The position numbers were made by a program, and so were the translations under genes. DNA of 64,000 nt from Chloroflexota bacterium (GTDB lineage Bacteria; Chloroflexota; Dehalococcoidia; JABGRK01), in contig JABGRK010000010.1 in the NCBI GenBank assembly GCA_018648325.1, forward strand, positions 8,621 to 72,620. The letters are read 5' to 3'. Below, piece by piece: positions 40,514 to 50,967 of this stretch (position 1 is its first letter; the number at the start of each line of letters is the position of its first letter). The notes under the pieces were generated by a model. That model did not search any database, was not told the origin of the DNA, and was given only the letters and a program-made list of their open reading frames with translations.

Positions 40514-41914
40514 TTGCAAGACCAAGAACAACGGTCATCTTGGTGGCAAACAGCATTGAAATCATTGTTTGCTTGGTGGCCGGAATTTAGGAAAAGCAAA
40601 ATAGGCATAACAGGCCTAATCATTGTGGTAATTATGACTACACTGATACTAGGTGCATCGGTGTTTGCTTCGCATGGTCCATTCGAAAAAGATATCTCCA
40701 TAGGATGGGGAGGAGGGAACCGTTACTGGACAAGTACGTGGGACAATCAAGGCGATGTCAGCCTCACCGATGAGGGAGTTGCCTATCGGAGCAACCCTGA
40801 TCCGTCCATAACAGAGTACCATGTCAGATTCCAATCAAATGGTTCCATTAAACGATCATTTGATCTCTCCAATACTTTGGAAGTTGGTCCACACTTCACG
40901 TTTCAAGCTAAAGCCGTTTCCTTCGCGGATGGCGATGAGGCAACATGTCTCGTCAGCGCTGATGGAGTTAATTGGAGGACCGCTGCAATTTGGGAAAATG
41001 GTGACGACGATGGTACATACCATCTTTACGAAATAGACTTGACAACTGACCCAAACTGGAGGTCAAGGAATTATTGGATCGCATTCGAAGCAGATATGTC
41101 TTCATCTGATGCGAATTTCTACATTGATGAAGTAGCTGTAGCACTAAGCGCTCCAGGATATTCTATCGTATCACCAAAAGATAGTTTTGAGCCATATGCC
41201 AAAACGTATGAAGCCCCATCATGGGAGCACATATTAGGGACTAATTCTCAATCAGAGGATGTTTGGAGCAGGCTTCTTTATTCCGGCCAGAATTCACTCA
41301 TGATTGGTTTTGTTGCGGCTCTACTAATCACGTCTATCGGCTCAGGGCTTGGTTTGATGTCTGGATATTTCGGGGGGCTCATTGAAGAACTCGTAATGAG
41401 ACTTGCTGATATTTTGCTAATTCTACCTCGCTTACCACTACTAATTGTCCTGTCTGCGTACTTGACGCCAGGGCCCTGGACGGTAATTATGTTACTGACT
41501 GTCACCGGCTGGGCTGGTATAGCCAGATCCACAAGGGCTCAGACGCTGTCTGTCAAAGAACACTCGTATGTTGAGGCATCCAAATCTGTAGGGGCAAGCC
41601 ATATACGCATAATCGTGCAACATATTCTTCCAAATGTTGCAGGTATTGTAATTGCAGCTTTTGTTATGGAAGTTGTGGTAGCTATACTAGTAGAGTCCGG
41701 GCTAAGCTTTTTGGGGTTGGGCAGCCTTTCACATCCAACTTGGGGAGTCATGCTGCACTTCGCTCAAACTGATGCGGCGTTTACTTGGAACGCATGGTGG
41801 TGGATTATACCTCCCGGGGCATGTATCGCCCTGCTCGGTTTAGCCTTCGCCTATATAGGAAACACTCTAAATGACCGTTTTGTATTGAGACTGGGAAACA
41901 GGAGAAAAGGCTAA
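40514..41914 (+). CDS. ABC transporter permease (DppC/OppC-like) with a ~200-aa extracytoplasmic insertion after TM1
   Basis: The C-terminal 270 aa are a canonical OppC core. Residues ~55-250 (GWGGGNRYWTSTWDNQGD..FYIDEVAVAL) form an extra beta-rich domain. TTG start with GGAGG RBS. Confidence 0.8.
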   Translation: MQDQEQRSSWWQTALKSLFAWWPEFRKSKIGITGLIIVVIMTTLILGASVFASHGPFEKDISIGWGGGNRYWTSTWDNQGDVSLTDEGVAYRSNPDPSITEYHVRFQSNGSIKRSFDLSNTLEVGPHFTFQAKAVSFADGDEATCLVSADGVNWRTAAIWENGDDDGTYHLYEIDLTTDPNWRSRNYWIAFEADMSSSDANFYIDEVAVALSAPGYSIVSPKDSFEPYAKTYEAPSWEHILGTNSQSEDVWSRLLYSGQNSLMIGFVAALLITSIGSGLGLMSGYFGGLIEELVMRLADILLILPRLPLLIVLSAYLTPGPWTVIMLLTVTGWAGIARSTRAQTLSVKEHSYVEASKSVGASHIRIIVQHILPNVAGIVIAAFVMEVVVAILVESGLSFLGLGSLSHPTWGVMLHFAQTDAAFTWNAWWWIIPPGACIALLGLAFAYIGNTLNDRFVLRLGNRRKG

Positions 41915-42879
41915 TGCCACTTCTAGAAGTAACAGATCTAAGAACTCATTACTATACCGAGGCAGGACCTGTAAAGGCAGCTGACGGAGTCAGTTTCACC
42001 TTGGAGAAAGGTGAATCCATAGGAATAGCGGGCGAATCCGGCTGCGGTAAAACGACGGTTGCCATGTCCTTAATGAGGCTAATAAAGGGCGGAGCAGTGG
42101 TCGGTGGGAAAATAATGCTGGGGGATTTGTCTCTGCTGGACATGGAAATGGACGAGTTTCGCAAAGTAAGATGGGAGAGGATATCACTCATTTCCCAGGC
42201 GGCTATGGGTGCGCTTAATCCGGTATATACAATAGGCAGCCAGATAGTGGAGGCTATAAGAACCCATCAGCAATGCAGCAAGAAAGAGGCATGGGACCGA
42301 GCAAGAGGTTTATTGTCTCAAGTTAAAGTAGATCCAAGCAGAGTCAAAAACTTCCCGCATGAGCTGAGCGGAGGAATGCGGCAACGCGTTATGATAGCAA
42401 TGGCTCTGGCCTGTGATCCGGATATTGTGATAGCCGACGAGCCGACAACTGCTCTGGATGTAGTCACCCAAGTTCAGGTTCTGAGACTACTAATTGATCT
42501 GCAAAAAAGGCTTGATCTTGCGCTTATCTACATATCTCATGAACTGTCCGTTCTCGGTCAGGCCTGCGATAAAATTATTATCATGTATGCCGGTAAAATC
42601 GTAGAGATGGGGCCAACAGCAAAGATATTCTCGGAACCAAAGCATCCATACACACAGAAGCTACTGGGATCGCTGATGGACATTCATGCCGCTGGTGCCT
42701 TTCCAGAGAGTATACCCGGCCAGCCACCCGACCTGATCGATCCACCCAAAGGTTGCAGATTCTGGCCCAGATGCACTACAGGAGAGGCTATTTGTGAAAC
42801 AGAGGAACCAGCCCTTGTAGAGATTGAGCCTGGACGATTTGTGGCTTGCAGACAATTAAATAAAGCAATAAATGAGTAG
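41914..42879 (+). CDS. ABC transporter ATP-binding protein (DppD/OppD-like)
   Basis: Walker A GESGCGKT, signature LSGGMRQR, Walker B IVIADEPT, and a C-terminal oligopeptide-transporter extension. Confidence 0.9.
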   Translation: MPLLEVTDLRTHYYTEAGPVKAADGVSFTLEKGESIGIAGESGCGKTTVAMSLMRLIKGGAVVGGKIMLGDLSLLDMEMDEFRKVRWERISLISQAAMGALNPVYTIGSQIVEAIRTHQQCSKKEAWDRARGLLSQVKVDPSRVKNFPHELSGGMRQRVMIAMALACDPDIVIADEPTTALDVVTQVQVLRLLIDLQKRLDLALIYISHELSVLGQACDKIIIMYAGKIVEMGPTAKIFSEPKHPYTQKLLGSLMDIHAAGAFPESIPGQPPDLIDPPKGCRFWPRCTTGEAICETEEPALVEIEPGRFVACRQLNKAINE

Positions 42880-42888
42880 AGGATTAAA

Positions 42889-43935
42889 ATGGGCATAGCT
42901 CCTGCAACTGATGATGGTAGCACTAAAGTTCAAGATCAGCATGCATATTTTAAGGTTAACAACTTAAGAAAGCTGTTTCCCTTAAATAAACGTGGCCAAT
43001 TTTGGGGCAAGCGCCAGTATATACATGCTGTAGACGATGTCTCCTTCGAAATAAAGAAGGGAATGACCTACGGAGTAGTTGGAGAGAGCGGATGCGGTAA
43101 AACAACGCTGGCAAGGACAATGATGCATCTGGAAGAACCCACCAGTGGTGAAATGCTTTTTAAGGGAGATGACATCACCAAATTCAACCGCAAGCAGATG
43201 ACGTCGCTACGTCGCCAAATGCAGATGGTTTTTCAGGATCCATACGGTTCTCTGAACCCGGTTAGAACCATACACAATATTGTCGCCGAGCCGGTCAGGG
43301 TACACAGTATATTCGATAATAAGCGAGATGAAATAGATAAGGTACGAGAAATGCTGGAGGTGGTAGGGTTACCGTCTGATAATCAGACCCTGGAGAAAAG
43401 ACCCAACGAGTTCAGCGGGGGCGAGAGGCAAAGGATTGGCATAGCCAGGTCTCTAATATTGGAGCCAGAGTTCATAGTAGCCGATGAGCCAGTGAGCATG
43501 CTGGATGCCAGCGTCAGGGCCGACATAATCTCGCTTATGAGGAGACTTAAGCAAGAAAGAGATCTTACCTACTTCTTCATAACTCACGAGTTCGGTATGG
43601 CACGCGCCATATGCGATCGCATAGCCGTAATGTACGCGGGTAGACTCGTGGAGGTAGCCAATGCGGCCGCAATAGTTGATCACCCGTTGCATCCTTACAC
43701 ACAATTGCTGATAGACGCAATACCACCCCTAATTCCCGATGAAAACTGGGGCAAAACCATACCCGAGGGTGAGGTACCATATTTCACCGTGCCACCTCCG
43801 GGATGTAGATTTAACCCCAGGTGCTATAAGGCTGATGAACTTTGCAGAAGTGAGATGCCCGAGTTGATTGATTATCGCAACGGCCACTATGTGTCCTGTC
43901 ACCACGTGTCAGGACCCGGCCAAATAAAGAAATAA
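42889..43935 (+). CDS. ABC transporter ATP-binding protein (DppF/OppF-like)
   Basis: Walker A GESGCGKT, signature FSGGERQR, Walker B IVADEP. Confidence 0.9.
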   Translation: MGIAPATDDGSTKVQDQHAYFKVNNLRKLFPLNKRGQFWGKRQYIHAVDDVSFEIKKGMTYGVVGESGCGKTTLARTMMHLEEPTSGEMLFKGDDITKFNRKQMTSLRRQMQMVFQDPYGSLNPVRTIHNIVAEPVRVHSIFDNKRDEIDKVREMLEVVGLPSDNQTLEKRPNEFSGGERQRIGIARSLILEPEFIVADEPVSMLDASVRADIISLMRRLKQERDLTYFFITHEFGMARAICDRIAVMYAGRLVEVANAAAIVDHPLHPYTQLLIDAIPPLIPDENWGKTIPEGEVPYFTVPPPGCRFNPRCYKADELCRSEMPELIDYRNGHYVSCHHVSGPGQIKK

Positions 43936-43989
43936 ACAACTCTAAAAGGCTAAACGCCACACTTTTAAACATTTTTTAGGAGAAGAGAT

Positions 43990-45171
43990 ATGGGATATGA
44001 TGATATACTCGCTCAGGTCGCGGACCTGAAGCTATTTACCCCTGGACCAACATATGTAAGTCGTGAACTGATGGCAGTAGCGGCTAAAATGCCCAACTTT
44101 TCACATCGCGACGAAGAGATAATCGTACGATTTAAACCAATTTACGCCAATTTGAGAAAAATGGCAGAGGTAGATGACAGCTACAACGTAATTCTAATGC
44201 CGGGCAGCGGCAGTACGGCGATGGAGTCTTCTATCGTATCGCTTGTAGGAGACGATGAAAAGGTGCTTTCAATTTCAATGGGCTCCTTCGGCGATATGTA
44301 CCATGATATGACTATAGTAAACCGCAAGAACTCAGAAAAGCTGTCTTTTGCACCGGGGCAGGGAATCGACCTGAATGCACTGGAAGACAAAATCAAGGAG
44401 ATGGAAAGCAACGGCGAAAAGCCATCTGTCGTAACCTTTACTCATAACGAGACTTCCACGGGTGTACAAGTTGATGTGGTTGCGATATGTAATGTTATTA
44501 AGAAATACGGCGCAATAGCTTTAGTAGATGCGGTCAGCGCATTCGGCGCAACCAACACTGGCATTCAGGATAATGTTGCCATGTACAGCACAGCCACGCA
44601 GAAATCCATGGCGCTGGATGCAGGTTTTGGCTTGGCTTTCGTAAGCGAAGAAGCCCTTGAGAGGGCAAAATATCTTAAAGAAAACAAGAAATGCTATCCG
44701 CCATCAACATTGGACTTAACTAAACATGCCGCAACTGCAAAAGGATTCATGACGGGGACTACACCCAACTGTACGCTGATAAATGCGCTCTTTCTACAAA
44801 CTGATGCCATCGTAAACACCGAGGGCGTTCAGGCCAGATATGACAGGCACAGAGCGATGAAAGAAATGACTCACGATTGGATAGACACTCTGAACAATGG
44901 TTGCAAGCTATTCCCCAGTAAAGATGTCGCCTCCAGTTCAGTGACCGGTCTGCAAATGCCTCCAGGAACGAAAATGCAGGATTTCGGTCCGCTAAAGACG
45001 AAATTGCGAGCAGACAAATTCGTAATGAGCACCGGCCTGCCCCCCATGAACAAGGCACTGGAAGCCAAAGGCGAGGGTGTGATCATGAGAATCCCGCATA
45101 TGGGCGACATGACCAAAGAGATGCTACAGGATTATCTGGATGCCCTTAAAAAATACCTATTGGAAATGTAA
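43990..45171 (+). CDS. Class-V (PLP) aminotransferase, AGXT/SPT-like
   Basis: FTPGPT N-terminus, small-domain pattern and a putative PLP lysine in TATQKSM. Confidence 0.7.
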   Translation: MGYDDILAQVADLKLFTPGPTYVSRELMAVAAKMPNFSHRDEEIIVRFKPIYANLRKMAEVDDSYNVILMPGSGSTAMESSIVSLVGDDEKVLSISMGSFGDMYHDMTIVNRKNSEKLSFAPGQGIDLNALEDKIKEMESNGEKPSVVTFTHNETSTGVQVDVVAICNVIKKYGAIALVDAVSAFGATNTGIQDNVAMYSTATQKSMALDAGFGLAFVSEEALERAKYLKENKKCYPPSTLDLTKHAATAKGFMTGTTPNCTLINALFLQTDAIVNTEGVQARYDRHRAMKEMTHDWIDTLNNGCKLFPSKDVASSSVTGLQMPPGTKMQDFGPLKTKLRADKFVMSTGLPPMNKALEAKGEGVIMRIPHMGDMTKEMLQDYLDALKKYLLEM

Positions 45172-45250
45172 GAGTTAAACACCGATATATGCTACCTAAA
45201 TGCGACACAATTAATAACAATTTGAAAGATTAAACCTCTAAAAAGGGTAG

Positions 45251-45282
45251 TCGGTTTCGGCTACCTTTTTGATTGATGAGCA
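45251..45282 (+). terminator. Putative rho-independent terminator after the aminotransferase gene
   Basis: Stem AAAAGGGTAG/CTACCTTTT with a 10-nt loop, ending in a T-run. Confidence 0.45.
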
Positions 45283-45335
45283 AGATAACAACTATTGAGG
45301 TCTCTAACTTAACCATCACCACGTAGGAGGATAAA

Positions 45336-47138
45336 ATGTTACAGGGCATTACAGGAAAAATGCTTTTTGTGAACCTGTCTGACGGTTCCATTGCAGAAGA
45401 AGAAACCGACCAGCAACTGTACAGGGATTATCTCGGAGGATACGGACTGGGCGCAAAAATAATCTTTGAACGCCAAAAGGCCGGAGTTGATGCATTGGGT
45501 CCTGATAACACGCTTGGATTTCTGACCGGCCCTCTTACCGGCACACCTGTTCCCGGCGGCAACAGATATGTTGTGGTTGGCAAATCACCGCTTACCGGAG
45601 GCTGGGGTGATGCCAATTCCGGCGGTGATTTCGGTCCGTACCTCAAGTTTGCCGGATATGATGCAGTTTTCTTCACCGGAGCATCTGACAAGCCTGTATA
45701 TCTGGCTATCAGAGACGGTAAAGCCGAGCTTAAAGATGCCGGACACCTGTGGGGCAAAGATTCTTATGATACCGAAGATGTGATCCAGGCCGAACTTGGA
45801 AAAGATATGAGGATTGCCTGCATTGGTCCCGCGGGAGAGGCGCAGGCACTGATATCCTGCATTATCAACAATAAAGGACGAGCCGCCGGCAGATCAGGCC
45901 TAGGAGCGGTTATGGGTTCCAAAAAACTTAAGGCAATAGCTGTTTACGGCAAAGCTGATGTTACAGTAGCCGACAAAGATACAATCGATACTTTACGCAA
46001 AGATGATCTGGTCAAACTAAAGAGTCACAAACTTGCTGATCGTTTAAGGGACTTTGGCACATTCGCAGGAACGATGGGCCAACTGGCAGTCCGAGGCGTG
46101 CCCACAAAGAACTGGGGAGGAGTCGGACCGAGAGATTTTCCCAAAACCGAAGCAGCAAATGAAGAGCTGGTACCATATCAGGAAAAAAGATACGGCTGCT
46201 GGCGCTGCCCCGTTGCATGTGGCGGACATATGAAAGCCGGTGTATCTTATAAGTATGACGCGGGCTCGCACAAACCGGAATACGAAACCGCCGTTGCCTT
46301 TGGTACCATGTGTCTCAATGACAGCCTGGAATCCGTAATAATGGCAAACGATATCTGTAACAGACAGGGGCTGGATACGATATCGGCCGGTGGAACAATT
46401 GCCTTTGCCATAGAGTGTTATGAGAATGGGCTGATAACTAAGGAAGATACCGGAGGCATAGAGCTAAAGTGGGGCGATCACAAGGCAATCATCGCCATGC
46501 TGGAAAAGATGGGCAAAGGGGAAGATATCGGCGCAACACTAGCTAATGGCTCCAAGGCGGCAGCCGAGGTAATCGGTAAAGGCTCGGAGCAATACGCCAT
46601 ACATATCGGCGGACAGGAAATGCCATATCACGACCCTAAAACAAATCCGGCCTACGCCTGCACATACAAAATAGATCCCACTCCCGCCAGACATACCCAG
46701 GGCGGAGTCGCCAGCGGTGATGGATCCGAGCAGAAGGAAAAGAACACATTCTGCCAGGCATATAACTCGGCGGGACTGTGCTTCTGGTTCAACGTACTTT
46801 TAGGTATGGACACTGTCTCCCAATATATGGCCGCTGTTACGGGTCATCCGTACGATACGGGCGCCATGCTGGAAGTTGGTGAAAGGGTATCCAATATTCG
46901 CCAAGCGTTTAACATCAGAGAGGGAATAAACCCGGTTGATCGCAAGGTTAACGGCAGAATAAGCGGTACACCACCGCAAACTGAAGGGCCTGCTGCGGGC
47001 GTAACAGTCAATGTAGATGAAAGAGTAGAGGCGTACTACAAGCAAATGGACTGGGATTTAAAAACAGGCAAACCAAGCAGAAAAAAACTGGAGCAGTTGG
47101 GCATGAAAGATGTAGCCGACGCTCTATATCCTGTATAA
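45336..47138 (+). CDS. Aldehyde:ferredoxin oxidoreductase (tungsten-containing AOR family)
   Basis: N-terminal AFOR_N (GKMLFVNLSDGSI), C-terminal AFOR_C with Fe-S cysteines; 600 aa. Strong GGAGG RBS. Confidence 0.88.
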   Translation: MLQGITGKMLFVNLSDGSIAEEETDQQLYRDYLGGYGLGAKIIFERQKAGVDALGPDNTLGFLTGPLTGTPVPGGNRYVVVGKSPLTGGWGDANSGGDFGPYLKFAGYDAVFFTGASDKPVYLAIRDGKAELKDAGHLWGKDSYDTEDVIQAELGKDMRIACIGPAGEAQALISCIINNKGRAAGRSGLGAVMGSKKLKAIAVYGKADVTVADKDTIDTLRKDDLVKLKSHKLADRLRDFGTFAGTMGQLAVRGVPTKNWGGVGPRDFPKTEAANEELVPYQEKRYGCWRCPVACGGHMKAGVSYKYDAGSHKPEYETAVAFGTMCLNDSLESVIMANDICNRQGLDTISAGGTIAFAIECYENGLITKEDTGGIELKWGDHKAIIAMLEKMGKGEDIGATLANGSKAAAEVIGKGSEQYAIHIGGQEMPYHDPKTNPAYACTYKIDPTPARHTQGGVASGDGSEQKEKNTFCQAYNSAGLCFWFNVLLGMDTVSQYMAAVTGHPYDTGAMLEVGERVSNIRQAFNIREGINPVDRKVNGRISGTPPQTEGPAAGVTVNVDERVEAYYKQMDWDLKTGKPSRKKLEQLGMKDVADALYPV

Positions 47139-47166
47139 TGATTAAGTGTAATTTAGGAGGAAACAT

Positions 47167-48795
47167 ATGACCGAAATGACCGGTAAAAAAGCGATAATGG
47201 AAATCCTTAAACAAGAAGGGGTTAAGTATATCTTCGGGCTGCCCGGAACAACCGAAGTTCGTTTTCTAGACGAGCTTGCCAACCATCCTGATTTAAAATT
47301 TGTCCTTTCAATGCATGAGGACATGGTTGTAGCTATGGCAGAAGGGTACACCAGAGCATCCGGCGAGGTGTCAATATCCAATCTGCACACCACTCCCGGG
47401 CTTGCCGCTGCCATGCCGGCAATGCTCAATGCAAAAAATGGCGGCGTTCCCATGATAATCACCGCCGGAAACCAGGACGCAAAGCGTCTTCTTAGCGAAC
47501 CGCCTCTGTGGGGTGATCTGGTAGGTATGGCTGCTCCCTACGTTAAATGGGGATTTCAGGTAAACTATGCGCACGATATTCCCATGGCCATTAGACGTGC
47601 CTATAAAGTAGCGCTCACGCCACCAGTCGGACCCGTATTTCTGGCCCTGCCGCAAGATGTAATGGATGATACGGCAGATATCACCTATGCGCCGGCCTTG
47701 TCTAAACCTCTTGCCATCAGGCCCGATGCAGAGGTTGTTGCTGAGGCCGCCAAGTTGCTGGTTGCAGCCAAGAATCCGGTAATGACGGTAAGTTACGGCA
47801 TTGAAAGATGCGACGCCATGGCCGAGGTGGTCAAGCTGGCCGAACTGATCGGTATACCTGTCTTCCATGGCTGGATGACCGATGTCAACTTCCCCACCGG
47901 ACACCCACAGCAGTTGGGAGATTCCAAAAATGTTAAGCCGTTTATCGGAACACCCGATCTGGTCCTGAGTGTCGGTGGAGCCGCCGGAATCCCTGTACCT
48001 CCGGGAGCCAAAACCGTCCATGTTAGTGATGATCCCTGGGAAATAGGCAAGAACGACCCGGTAGACGCAGGCATATGGGGCAGCATTGATCTGGCCGTAA
48101 GCGACCTCACTGCCGCAATAGAGCAGCTAATGACCGACGACGCTCATAAAAATGTAGCCGCAAGACTTGAGATGGTTAAAGAGAAAAAGGCCGGTCTTAA
48201 AGCTAGTATTGCAAAGAGAATGCAGGATGAAAACGATAACACTCCCATCGCATTTTCCAAGCTTGTTAAAGAAATAGATGCCTGCCGACCTGCAAAATCA
48301 ACCATCTTTGATGATTGCTGGTCCTACTCACGCGATCTGGCCGATCTGATGGACTACAACGAGCCCAGAAGCTACGCCAGAACACGCGGCGGAGCCATCG
48401 GATGCGGTATCGCCAACGCAGTCGGTATGGCACTTGGCAATCCCGATAGCAGAGTAATCTGTGTTATCGGTGACGGCAGCACAATGTGGGGTAACCAGGC
48501 ATTATATACGGCAGCAATCTTTGACCTGCCGATTACATTTGTTGTCTGCGCCAATGCCACATATCGCATCCTCAACAGGACAAAAACCATTTTCTTGGGC
48601 CCACAGGCTAAAGATAAGAAACTACCCGGATTTGAGTTTGAAGATCCGCGAATCGACTTTGCCAAAATGGGCGAGTCCATGGGTATTGCGTCACAGACGG
48701 TCAAAAACCCGGCAGACCTCAACGCCGCACTGAAAAAAGCCATTGACTCAAACAAACCGGCGCTGGTCGAAGTATATGTTGACCCAACGGCATAA
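47167..48795 (+). CDS. Thiamine-diphosphate-dependent enzyme (acetolactate synthase / benzoylformate decarboxylase superfamily)
   Basis: TPP N, middle and C domains with the GDGS..N ThDP-binding motif (IGDGSTMWGNQ..NATY). Confidence 0.85.
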   Translation: MTEMTGKKAIMEILKQEGVKYIFGLPGTTEVRFLDELANHPDLKFVLSMHEDMVVAMAEGYTRASGEVSISNLHTTPGLAAAMPAMLNAKNGGVPMIITAGNQDAKRLLSEPPLWGDLVGMAAPYVKWGFQVNYAHDIPMAIRRAYKVALTPPVGPVFLALPQDVMDDTADITYAPALSKPLAIRPDAEVVAEAAKLLVAAKNPVMTVSYGIERCDAMAEVVKLAELIGIPVFHGWMTDVNFPTGHPQQLGDSKNVKPFIGTPDLVLSVGGAAGIPVPPGAKTVHVSDDPWEIGKNDPVDAGIWGSIDLAVSDLTAAIEQLMTDDAHKNVAARLEMVKEKKAGLKASIAKRMQDENDNTPIAFSKLVKEIDACRPAKSTIFDDCWSYSRDLADLMDYNEPRSYARTRGGAIGCGIANAVGMALGNPDSRVICVIGDGSTMWGNQALYTAAIFDLPITFVVCANATYRILNRTKTIFLGPQAKDKKLPGFEFEDPRIDFAKMGESMGIASQTVKNPADLNAALKKAIDSNKPALVEVYVDPTA

Positions 48796-48825
48796 CCCGA
48801 CATTCCAAAACTAAATTTTAAGGAC

Positions 48826-48858
48826 AAAGGCAGCTTTTTATAGCTGTCTTGTCTTTTT
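48826..48858 (+). terminator. Putative terminator after the ThDP enzyme gene
   Basis: Hairpin AAAGGCAGCT..AGCTGTCTT followed by GTCTTTTT. Confidence 0.4.
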
Positions 48859-48908
48859 ATCTGTGATATAATTCGGCTTGTTTTAAAGAACTGCACGAAG
48901 GAGCACTA

Positions 48909-49946
48909 ATGAAGATACTCGATATGCGCAGCGATACAACTACACATCCTACCCCGCAAATGCGCCGAGCAATATTTGAAGCCGAGGTGGGCGACGATGG
49001 TCACAGCGAGGACCCAACCGTCAATCGCCTGCAGCAGATGGCCGCCGATATGCTGGGCAAGGAGGCAGGGCTGCTGACCCCCAGCGGCTCCATGGGCAAC
49101 CTGCTGGGGGTAATGAGTAACTCGTCTCCCGGCGACGAAGTACTGCTGGGCAGCGAAGCACACATCCTCTGGTTCGAGATGGGAGGCGCAACAACCGTGG
49201 CAGGAACGCTGCTGCGCGCCCTTCCCAACGACGAGCAGGGCAACATAGCGGTCGCCGACCTTGAGGCGGCTCTCAGGCAAAATCACACGCATTCCAGAAA
49301 CATCAGTATGCTGTGTCTGGAAAACACGCATAACAGGTGCGGTGGCGCAGCCATATCCGCAGAAAACACATCAGCCCTTGCAGACGTAGCCCACAAAAAC
49401 AACCTCAAGGTTCATATTGATGGCGCCCGCCTGTTCAACGCGGCTGTTGTTCAGGGTGTTCCCGCCAATGAGCTCACCAAATCAGTGGACACCGTAAGCA
49501 TCTGTTTGTCCAAGGGGCTTGGTGCGCCGGTAGGTTCGGTGTTGTGTGGTTCCAAAGAAACCATCGAAAAGGCTCGCAGATGGCGCAAAATGATAGGCGG
49601 AGGAATGCGTCAGGCAGGCGTAATTGCCGCTGCCGGTATTGTGGCACTTGAAACCATGATTGAGCGCCTCGCAGACGATCATAAAAACGCCAAACGTCTG
49701 GCTCAAGGACTATCGCAAATAAAAGGCGTAACTATTGATTTAAACAAGGTTAAAACCAACATGCTCAGATTTGCAGTAGCAGACAGCGCTCTGGCCGGTT
49801 TACTAAACAAGCAACTGCTGGAAAAGGGCATAAAGTTTGGCCCCGGAGGCAACAGTTTCCGGGTTGTTACTCACTGGATGATAGATGACGCCGATGTAGA
49901 CTACATTCTTGAACACACAGCCAGCATTATGAAAGAGCTTAGCTGA
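48909..49946 (+). CDS. Low-specificity L-threonine aldolase (beta-eliminating lyase family)
   Basis: N-terminal DMRSDTTTHPT and the PLP-lysine region (LSKGLGAP); 345 aa. Confidence 0.85.
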   Translation: MKILDMRSDTTTHPTPQMRRAIFEAEVGDDGHSEDPTVNRLQQMAADMLGKEAGLLTPSGSMGNLLGVMSNSSPGDEVLLGSEAHILWFEMGGATTVAGTLLRALPNDEQGNIAVADLEAALRQNHTHSRNISMLCLENTHNRCGGAAISAENTSALADVAHKNNLKVHIDGARLFNAAVVQGVPANELTKSVDTVSICLSKGLGAPVGSVLCGSKETIEKARRWRKMIGGGMRQAGVIAAAGIVALETMIERLADDHKNAKRLAQGLSQIKGVTIDLNKVKTNMLRFAVADSALAGLLNKQLLEKGIKFGPGGNSFRVVTHWMIDDADVDYILEHTASIMKELS

Positions 49947-50043
49947 AGTTTTACTGATAACGCTATAAAGATCACGTTTGGATATGGAGAAAAACCTGTA
50001 CCTATATTCAAAACCTTCGTGAACAAACCCTCAAATACAGGAA

Positions 50044-50081
50044 AGGCCCGGGTCAGTAATAACTCGGGCCTTATTGTTTTT
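50044..50081 (+). terminator. Rho-independent terminator in the convergent intergenic region
   Basis: Stem GGCCCGGGT/ACTCGGGCC followed by TTATTGTTTTT. Confidence 0.55.
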
Positions 50082-50097
50082 CTATTAAAACCAAGCG

Positions 50098-50967
50098 CTA
50101 ATATTTAGACTGCGTGAGCAGCGGCGTATAGAACCCGCACCTGAATATGCAGTAGCGTATGCTTAAATCTCCGATGATGCCACCGGCAATAGCAATTGCC
50201 AGTATAACAGTGGAGACCTCACTATAAACGCCTGCTATAACAACACCCAAAGGCAACAGCACACCCAAACCAAGCACTCCCACATAAAAAATGGGTGCCA
50301 GACTGCTACTTATAATAGTCTTAAATACATGCTTGCCTGTAGACGTATACTGGTATACCGTAACCATATAGATAACAAGCAATAGAACATACATGGGCAT
50401 AAGCACCCTTATCCATGATTCGGTAAGCACACTCTCCATATTAAGCGCCAGCGCCAACTCGGCACCACCCAACAGCCCAAGCACCATGAACAGTACGGGG
50501 ATCAGTGGGCTGTTCCATGTCGGTATCGACTTGATGGAGCTGATAACAAATCCTCCGTAAAGGATGACCAGCACCAAAAATACGCCCATGACAATGCCCA
50601 TGTTACTGGCCACATCAGCGTTGCCCCATCTGTTTAGCGCCAGATGGACCGCACCCAGTACCGTATTTATGCCGATCAATATAAAGCCGCGCGATATCCA
50701 TGAACTCTTAAAGTTCATCATCAACCGCCATGCGCGTCTTTTGTGCCCGATATGAAGGAAAAGGCCGCCGCCACCCAGTATCGGTAGTATCAGCCAGCCA
50801 GCCAGCATTCCCCCCGGGTTATTCAGAAAGATAGAAACAAAGTACATACCGGCACCAAGTTCAATTGAAAAGAAGGCCAGCCATATCAGCATACCGTGAT
50901 GACTTATCCACTCGGTCTGTGGCGTTGGCTTAACCATCCATTCCCATGGTTTTACATCGATTTCCAT
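50098..50967 (-). CDS. DmsC/NrfD/PsrC-family integral membrane anchor (orphan)
   Basis: 8 TM helices, an N-terminal WEWM segment, an LHIGHKRRAW (LHLGxPxRA-like) motif and an IPTWNSP (VPTWYS-like) motif. Confidence 0.65.
   Translation of the reverse strand: MEIDVKPWEWMVKPTPQTEWISHHGMLIWLAFFSIELGAGMYFVSIFLNNPGGMLAGWLILPILGGGGLFLHIGHKRRAWRLMMNFKSSWISRGFILIGINTVLGAVHLALNRWGNADVASNMGIVMGVFLVLVILYGGFVISSIKSIPTWNSPLIPVLFMVLGLLGGAELALALNMESVLTESWIRVLMPMYVLLLVIYMVTVYQYTSTGKHVFKTIISSSLAPIFYVGVLGLGVLLPLGVVIAGVYSEVSTVILAIAIAGGIIGDLSIRYCIFRCGFYTPLLTQSKY

Noticed and set aside
47371-48110. Minus-strand ORFs (216 and 105 aa) inside the ThDP enzyme gene
   Set aside because: They are antisense shadow ORFs within a gene carrying clear ThDP-binding motifs.
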